Shown piece after piece: positions 58,764-64,000 of a DNA stretch of 64,000 bases. Position 1 is the stretch's first letter. Each line of letters starts with the position of its first letter. Source of the stretch: an uncultured Gammaproteobacteria bacterium (GTDB lineage: Bacteria; Patescibacteriota; Microgenomatia; CAYXHB01; CAZYTL01). The stretch is taken from positions 109,465-173,464 of the forward strand of contig CAZYTL010000002.1 of NCBI GenBank assembly GCA_964650355.1, read 5' to 3'. The notes under the pieces are model-generated. The model was not told the DNA's origin. It ran no database searches and saw only the letters and a list, made by a program, of their open reading frames with translations. The translations under genes and the position numbers were made by a program.

Positions 58764-60047
58764 ATGAAGAAGATACTGGAGTCGCATTTACTGTGGTGGA
58801 TATGTTGGTTAGTGGTGTGGGTGGTATTGGCTTGGTTGATGGTAAGTTTCCGGGATCCGGACTTTGGCTGGCAATGGCGAACAGGTGAATGGATCTGGCA
58901 ACATGGGCAAATCCCTAAAACGGATTTGTTTTCTTACACCATGCCTGATTATCCCTGGCATTATCCGGCCTGGCTGGCAGAGGTGATGTTTTACTGGATT
59001 TATATCAGGTTAGGTTATACAGGCCTAGCAATCGGGTTGGCAGGATTGGTGAGCATAGGGTGGGTGTTACAGATTCCTAAAATGAAGATGAAGTACTATC
59101 TGTTACCTTTGGCGCTGGTAATGGCCGCAGGAGGATGGTTGATATCAGTGAGAGCCAAGATGTTGAGTTTGTTGCTGGCAGGAGTGCTTTTTTGGATATT
59201 AAGAAAGGCTGAAGATAAACCGCAATGGTTATGGGGGTTACCCGGGTTGTTTTGTCTGTGGAGTAATTTGCACGGTGGGGTAGCGATCGGGTTGGTAATT
59301 TTGGGTTGGTGGATAATAACGGAGTTATCAGTTTTTAGTTTTCAGTTTTCAGATCTCAGAAAAGAACAGACAAGATTTAAGAAACAAGAGAGAGACATTT
59401 GGATGAAGAGAATCATTGGGGTGGGTTTAGGGTCGGGATTGGCTTCATTAATTAATCCCTTTGGTTGGCGAGTTTATGAGGAGGTTTATCAAACGCTAAC
59501 CAGCAGGCAGCTGCAAGGGCAGGTAAATGAGTGGTTGCCGATCAATGTGCATAATCCGGCATTGATAGTTTATGTGTTAGGATTAGGAATTTTGGCTGTC
59601 AAATGGCGGAAGAAATTATCCTGGTTTGAGGTATCCACCAGTGCGGGTCTGTTGGTGGGAAGTTTGTTCAGCAGGCGACTGTTGGTTTATTTTTTGTTGT
59701 TTAGTTTAGCAATTTACGGCCGGTTATTAGAGCGGGCGGTTGAATGGTTGAAAAGCAGAAAGGAGTATCAATTTATTTGGCTGTGGCGATCAGGATTGGT
59801 GATCGGGGGATGCTTATGGGCAGGCTGGTTAATTTGGCACACCCAGAAAGACTTAACCCAGGTAAGCGAAACTAATTATTATCCCATGAAAGCGGTCGAG
59901 TATTTGAAGCAACATTTGCCGGAAGGAGAAATGTTTTCGGTTTATAACTGGGGCGGATATCTGATTGACAAGCTGCCCGAAAAACAGGTATTTGTAGACG
60001 GGAGAATGGCGATTTGGGAAAAGGATGGTTATTCGGCTTTTAGATAG
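58764..60047 (+). CDS. polytopic membrane protein (possible GT-C-like), 20 nt downstream of A2M
   Basis: 427 aa, ~9 TM helices plus C-terminal soluble domain; probable co-transcription with A2M. Confidence 0.4.
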   Translation: MKKILESHLLWWICWLVVWVVLAWLMVSFRDPDFGWQWRTGEWIWQHGQIPKTDLFSYTMPDYPWHYPAWLAEVMFYWIYIRLGYTGLAIGLAGLVSIGWVLQIPKMKMKYYLLPLALVMAAGGWLISVRAKMLSLLLAGVLFWILRKAEDKPQWLWGLPGLFCLWSNLHGGVAIGLVILGWWIITELSVFSFQFSDLRKEQTRFKKQERDIWMKRIIGVGLGSGLASLINPFGWRVYEEVYQTLTSRQLQGQVNEWLPINVHNPALIVYVLGLGILAVKWRKKLSWFEVSTSAGLLVGSLFSRRLLVYFLLFSLAIYGRLLERAVEWLKSRKEYQFIWLWRSGLVIGGCLWAGWLIWHTQKDLTQVSETNYYPMKAVEYLKQHLPEGEMFSVYNWGGYLIDKLPEKQVFVDGRMAIWEKDGYSAFR

Positions 60048-60229
60048 GAAAGACAAATTTTAAGCGGGGAAATTGATTATCGACCGGTGTTTGAGCACTA
60101 CGGAGTTAATACTGCGTTGCTACCTATGGTTCAAGGCCGACTAACACTAGGAGACAAGTTGCAGCAGGATGGCTGGCAAGTGGCTTATGAGGATGAGAAG
60201 GCCGTGGTATTGAATAAGGAGTGAATTTA

Positions 60230-61894
60230 TTAATTAGATAGGTAGGTCTTGACTACATCCAGAAGATTGATGAGGCCGTCGATAAAAGGTTCGCTGAAAG
60301 GAGGAAGTTGATCATACAGGGCCAGTAGTTGTTGCCTAGAAACGGGATAAGGAGTGGGAGTGGCTACCGGGGTGCCGCTGATTTGCAAATGATCAAATAA
60401 GAGGTTGTATCCGGTCGTGGGTTGCCAAACGTTTTGATTGGCCAAGTGAATAGCGTATTCGGGCCTAGAGCGCAGGGTGGAGTAGGCATCAGGAAGCCAG
60501 AGGTAGAGATTGTAAGTACCTTCTGGAAGATTTGGGGGCAGGGGCACTTGGGTATCTATGGTGGTGGTCTGACCAGGAGTCCAGCGGCGGGGATCAACGT
60601 TAGATAAAGGAATTTCGGTTTGGTAGCCGGTGGTTTTTTCTTTGAGCACTAAAATGGCCGGACGGGGATTAAACGGAGCTGCAAAACCCTGGTTGGCCAA
60701 AGTTAATTTAAAAGGTAAGGTGCCTCCGGGGGGAGCTTGATCAGACACGACTAAGTTGGATAAAGCGAAGCGGTATCCTAAGCGACGGCGGATTTCTGGC
60801 ATACAGCCCCCAGTTACCCAACTGTCAAGCACATCCTTTGAGAAATCATTGTTGATGACTGACCAATGAAGATAGGCCAATTCCTGCAGAGCGTTAGGGT
60901 TCTGCGAATCAGTTGGGCATTCACTACGCGGAGGATTCGCATGACAGGATTCGCCCCCAATCGGGGTATAAAGACCTTGTTGAGCCACATAATCTTTCCA
61001 GCACTGCACCACATCCAAGGCATTATCACAATAGTGAGATGTTGGTTGAGGCGTGGGCCCACCGGATTTTGAATTATAAGTGCCTTCGTCAGTATCATCA
61101 GCTAAAAAGCAGTCATTATGGTGACCCATGCGGCTGGCTGCCGTGCCCTGAAAAGCGGTTGATGAAGTTAACGGTCCCTGGTAAAAGATCTCTATGTATC
61201 TGGGATAGCGAATTTGAAGCATCCGGTCACTGGGAAGAGCGTTGAGTAAGGCATTAAGGATAGCTTGTTTGCTCTCCAGGGTGTAAAGGTATTTGGAGCT
61301 GTGCCATTCTCCCCAATGGCCAACAAAACCCGCCTGCACGGCAACAATCACGTCAGCGTTGGCAGTCAGAAGAGGTTTGACTTGGGCGATATGCTGGAGA
61401 GCCAGATTAAGGGGGACGTCAGGGGTCGCATCATTGGGATTAGAGGTGGATCCCGGGCCCCAATTATAGATAAAACGAATGATTAATTTCAGGCCTTTGT
61501 TTCTGGCAGTACTAAAGGTTTGCTGAATCACATCTAATCCTCTACCGGAGCCAAGCGATTCTAGTAATTTTCCTTGATAATCACTCAGAGTGACTCCGAC
61601 TCCGTCGCGGGGATCGCGATAATCATCTAACCGAAAGTAGATCCAAACCACAGAATCGGACGGCTCCAGGCGGTCGACTTGAGACGGATTAAAGTCCTTA
61701 TTCGGCCAGATTGACGACTGTTTCATAAACCCGCGTTCCGGATTGGCAAAGTCCTCGTCAGTGGGTTGGTAGTTAACAGTGACTAAATTGCCGGCAGCTA
61801 AAACAGGATAGAGAGGGAAATTCTTGACGATTGAGGTAGTTATCAAGATCATCAAAGTGATCCGAAAAGCGGTTTTTATCAATTTTGGGTTCAT
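60230..61894 (-). CDS. secreted protein, putative glycoside-hydrolase-like (DUF4832-like GHWGEWH motif)
   Basis: Signal peptide; GFVGHWGEWHSS motif; family assignment uncertain. Confidence 0.3.
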   Translation of the reverse strand: MNPKLIKTAFRITLMILITTSIVKNFPLYPVLAAGNLVTVNYQPTDEDFANPERGFMKQSSIWPNKDFNPSQVDRLEPSDSVVWIYFRLDDYRDPRDGVGVTLSDYQGKLLESLGSGRGLDVIQQTFSTARNKGLKLIIRFIYNWGPGSTSNPNDATPDVPLNLALQHIAQVKPLLTANADVIVAVQAGFVGHWGEWHSSKYLYTLESKQAILNALLNALPSDRMLQIRYPRYIEIFYQGPLTSSTAFQGTAASRMGHHNDCFLADDTDEGTYNSKSGGPTPQPTSHYCDNALDVVQCWKDYVAQQGLYTPIGGESCHANPPRSECPTDSQNPNALQELAYLHWSVINNDFSKDVLDSWVTGGCMPEIRRRLGYRFALSNLVVSDQAPPGGTLPFKLTLANQGFAAPFNPRPAILVLKEKTTGYQTEIPLSNVDPRRWTPGQTTTIDTQVPLPPNLPEGTYNLYLWLPDAYSTLRSRPEYAIHLANQNVWQPTTGYNLLFDHLQISGTPVATPTPYPVSRQQLLALYDQLPPFSEPFIDGLINLLDVVKTYLSN

Positions 61895-61902
61895 TTCCTA
61901 CT

Positions 61903-63993
61903 TTAATTAACTAAATTAAACACGTAAACCGAATGATGGCCGACAACGTCGTCCCCGTCTAAGACGTAGACTTGGTTATTCAAAAACATTACTGCCCGGG
62001 CATCATTAATCTCAAACGGAAGCAGGTCAAATTGATGAATGACTTGCTTGGTGGACCAGTCAAGTTGGTAGAGTAAATCTTTATCCGTCACCAGCCAGAG
62101 TTGATTACCATCCGCGGTAAATTCCATGCCGTAAATGATGCCGTCGATTGGTAAAGTTATGCTGTTACTCATAGTGTTGGTTTGATAATCATACTGTTCG
62201 ATAGCATGGTTCACATTGAGCGCTCCATAGAGTTGGCCTTGAGGGCGGAAGGCAGCGCCGCTATATTCGTGGGCTAAAGGCTGGAAAGTTTCCACTGTAA
62301 ACTGGTGGGTGGAAGGATTTCTGATCAGCCGGAATGCGGTGGGGATAGCACTGGTCACTCCTGAAAAGACATATAGAATATCTGTATTGGGGTCGTAAGT
62401 CAAACCTTCCAGATCCCCGGCCCGATTGACGCCGGCCGTTTCTGTACTATTGAGTTTAGTGGCTTGAGCCAGTTGGGAATTGCTAATGGTGGAAATTAAT
62501 TCCTCGGTAGCCAGATTTACCTGATACAATTTATTATTGTTGTCGTCGGACAACCATAAGGCCTGGTTTACGGGATCATAGACCATGCCTTCGGTGTCAT
62601 TGACAGAGGTAGTTGAATTGACAAACGGCGTGGTGGTGATGACCCTGGCCAGCTGAAGTTGACTGCCAGATCCAGATGAAATAATCGTGGGAGTGGGAAA
62701 GCTTAAGTTAAAGAAGTTTAGGTAATCCAAGAGGTTGATGATTCCATCATAAAATTTATCTAAGCTAGGATTTACCGTTCCATAAGCAGCTAAATATTGT
62801 TTGGCTGATGATACAGGTGCTGAGGTAGGGGTGATGGTGACACCGGTTTCGTGCCAGCCCAGATCAGGAGAGTTGCCGGTGTAACTGGTAAAGTTGGCCA
62901 GGTTTTCTCCGGTATGAGGATTGGTGTAATTAATGGTGCCGGCATTAATGGCCGGAGAATTAGTGCCCAGATAAAAATTAAGTTGGTTGGCAAATTGCGG
63001 ATCACCAGTCAGATCATGGCTGGTATCCAAGACTCCCTGATAGTTGAGATCATAATTGGTGCTGTTACCATTCCATAACGAATAGGCAATGATGGTATGG
63101 CTGGTAGAATTATCGTGGTTTAAAAACCCGATGGGGTTATTATAGAAAATGTTGTTTAAGGCCACTAGATTGCCTCCGCCTGCCAGTCCCCAATTATTAT
63201 TGACCAGAGTATTGTTATAGACCCGGATGGGTTGGGCTAAAGTGATGGCAGAAGGAGTATTTTCTGAAGTGCAATCGCAAGTAAGACTGATACCGGCAAC
63301 GTTTTGATTGGTGAATAAGTTCCGTTCGATGATGATGGTACGGTTAGGCTTTTGACCTTGATCCATAATTTGGATACTATTGCGTCCGTTTCTGCCGCTT
63401 TCCACACCTTTTCTCCGGCCGTTAAAGGAGTTACCGCGAATGATGGTCTTGAGAGTTTTGCCTTCGTCTGCATGGAGTCTGATTTCAATGCCGTCATCAC
63501 TGGAACCTCTGAAGGTGTTGTCTTCAATGGTCACTGAAGTGGCCTGATCAAGGTCAACACCGTCATCGCCGCAATTTTCGAACAGATTATTCTTGACTAA
63601 GCCGTCACCGCCTTCATAACTGACACAGTCCCCTCCTCCGTAAAAATGGTTATTTAAAACATCGGCTACGGTGTCGAAGGTTTGCACGTGCTTATCACTG
63701 GCATTGAAGGTAAAACCAATCACCTTGGTTCCGCCGGCAGAAGTGGCGATCCCGACGGCCGGGCTGCCGCCGTTAATGATGGTGTTATTGATATCTGTCT
63801 GACTGCCAGAGTTGATAAAGTGCGAGGCAAGGACGATAGTCTGATTAATGGTTATGCCTCCGCTGTAAGTGCCGGAAGAAACCAAAACAGTATCACCTGT
63901 GGCAGCAGCATTTACTGCGGCCTGGATAGTAGTGTAATTGCAGCCGCTAGAACAAACAGTAATGGTAGCCGCCAGGGTTGGCTGCGGATGCAT
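61903..63993 (-). CDS. right-handed parallel beta-helix (pectate-lyase-fold) protein with C-terminal beta-propeller-like repeats
   Basis: N-terminal …CSSGCNYTTIQAAVNAAATGDTVLVSSGTYSGGITI… and repeated NN/GN asparagine-ladder motifs; C-terminal repeats with Y(D/N)P…L(Y/W)…D. Confidence 0.6.
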   Translation of the reverse strand: MHPQPTLAATITVCSSGCNYTTIQAAVNAAATGDTVLVSSGTYSGGITINQTIVLASHFINSGSQTDINNTIINGGSPAVGIATSAGGTKVIGFTFNASDKHVQTFDTVADVLNNHFYGGGDCVSYEGGDGLVKNNLFENCGDDGVDLDQATSVTIEDNTFRGSSDDGIEIRLHADEGKTLKTIIRGNSFNGRRKGVESGRNGRNSIQIMDQGQKPNRTIIIERNLFTNQNVAGISLTCDCTSENTPSAITLAQPIRVYNNTLVNNNWGLAGGGNLVALNNIFYNNPIGFLNHDNSTSHTIIAYSLWNGNSTNYDLNYQGVLDTSHDLTGDPQFANQLNFYLGTNSPAINAGTINYTNPHTGENLANFTSYTGNSPDLGWHETGVTITPTSAPVSSAKQYLAAYGTVNPSLDKFYDGIINLLDYLNFFNLSFPTPTIISSGSGSQLQLARVITTTPFVNSTTSVNDTEGMVYDPVNQALWLSDDNNNKLYQVNLATEELISTISNSQLAQATKLNSTETAGVNRAGDLEGLTYDPNTDILYVFSGVTSAIPTAFRLIRNPSTHQFTVETFQPLAHEYSGAAFRPQGQLYGALNVNHAIEQYDYQTNTMSNSITLPIDGIIYGMEFTADGNQLWLVTDKDLLYQLDWSTKQVIHQFDLLPFEINDARAVMFLNNQVYVLDGDDVVGHHSVYVFNLVN

Positions 63994-64000
63994 TAGAAAG

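Overview
This 64 kb window is bacterial chromosome, densely coding on both strands, with no rRNA, tRNA, CRISPR array or obvious mobile element. Low-complexity protein tails and the membrane glycosyltransferase content hint at a Patescibacteria/CPR-like organism, but that is inference only.

Main content, by position:
- 2.7-5.7 kb: two paralogous secreted surface proteins with a shared C-terminal domain.
- 7.7-17.5 kb: an F-type ATP synthase operon (c-like, b, delta, alpha, gamma, beta; epsilon separated by an inserted membrane-protein gene). No subunit a is present. The c position holds a 679-aa Ig-like/Big_2 repeat protein ending in a c-subunit-like hairpin that lacks the ion-binding carboxylate. 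Alpha has long low-complexity extensions.
- 5.8-9.7 kb and 18.9-31.5 kb: an expansion of GT-C-type polytopic glycosyltransferase-like genes, including five tandem DUF2723/TMEM260-like paralogs carrying 'ADSDEL...HPPGYPLY' plus C-terminal TPRs.
- 31.6-49.6 kb: housekeeping and accessory genes. These are two Nudix-type proteins, Leu/Phe dehydrogenase-like, SAM methyltransferase, GNAT, a GT2 QxxRW synthase with a CE4 deacetylase-GH18-like partner (NodBC-like), a spermidine-synthase-like membrane protein, thioredoxin-CcdA, ZnuBC-like ABC transporter, DUF134 and DUF5320 with a perfect 30-bp palindrome, an RmlD-like reductase, an APH-like kinase, and a P-loop protein.
- 49.7-58.7 kb: a class A PBP (pbpC-like) followed by a 2230-aa alpha-2-macroglobulin (A2M)-family protein with a CAEQ thioester motif.

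Most striking observation: the A2M carries a complete mini-intein-like Hint domain (Cys1, TxxH block B, terminal His-Asn, +1 Lys) inserted exactly at the bait-region position. This would be a self-cleaving or auto-activating bait, which I do not recognise as described.
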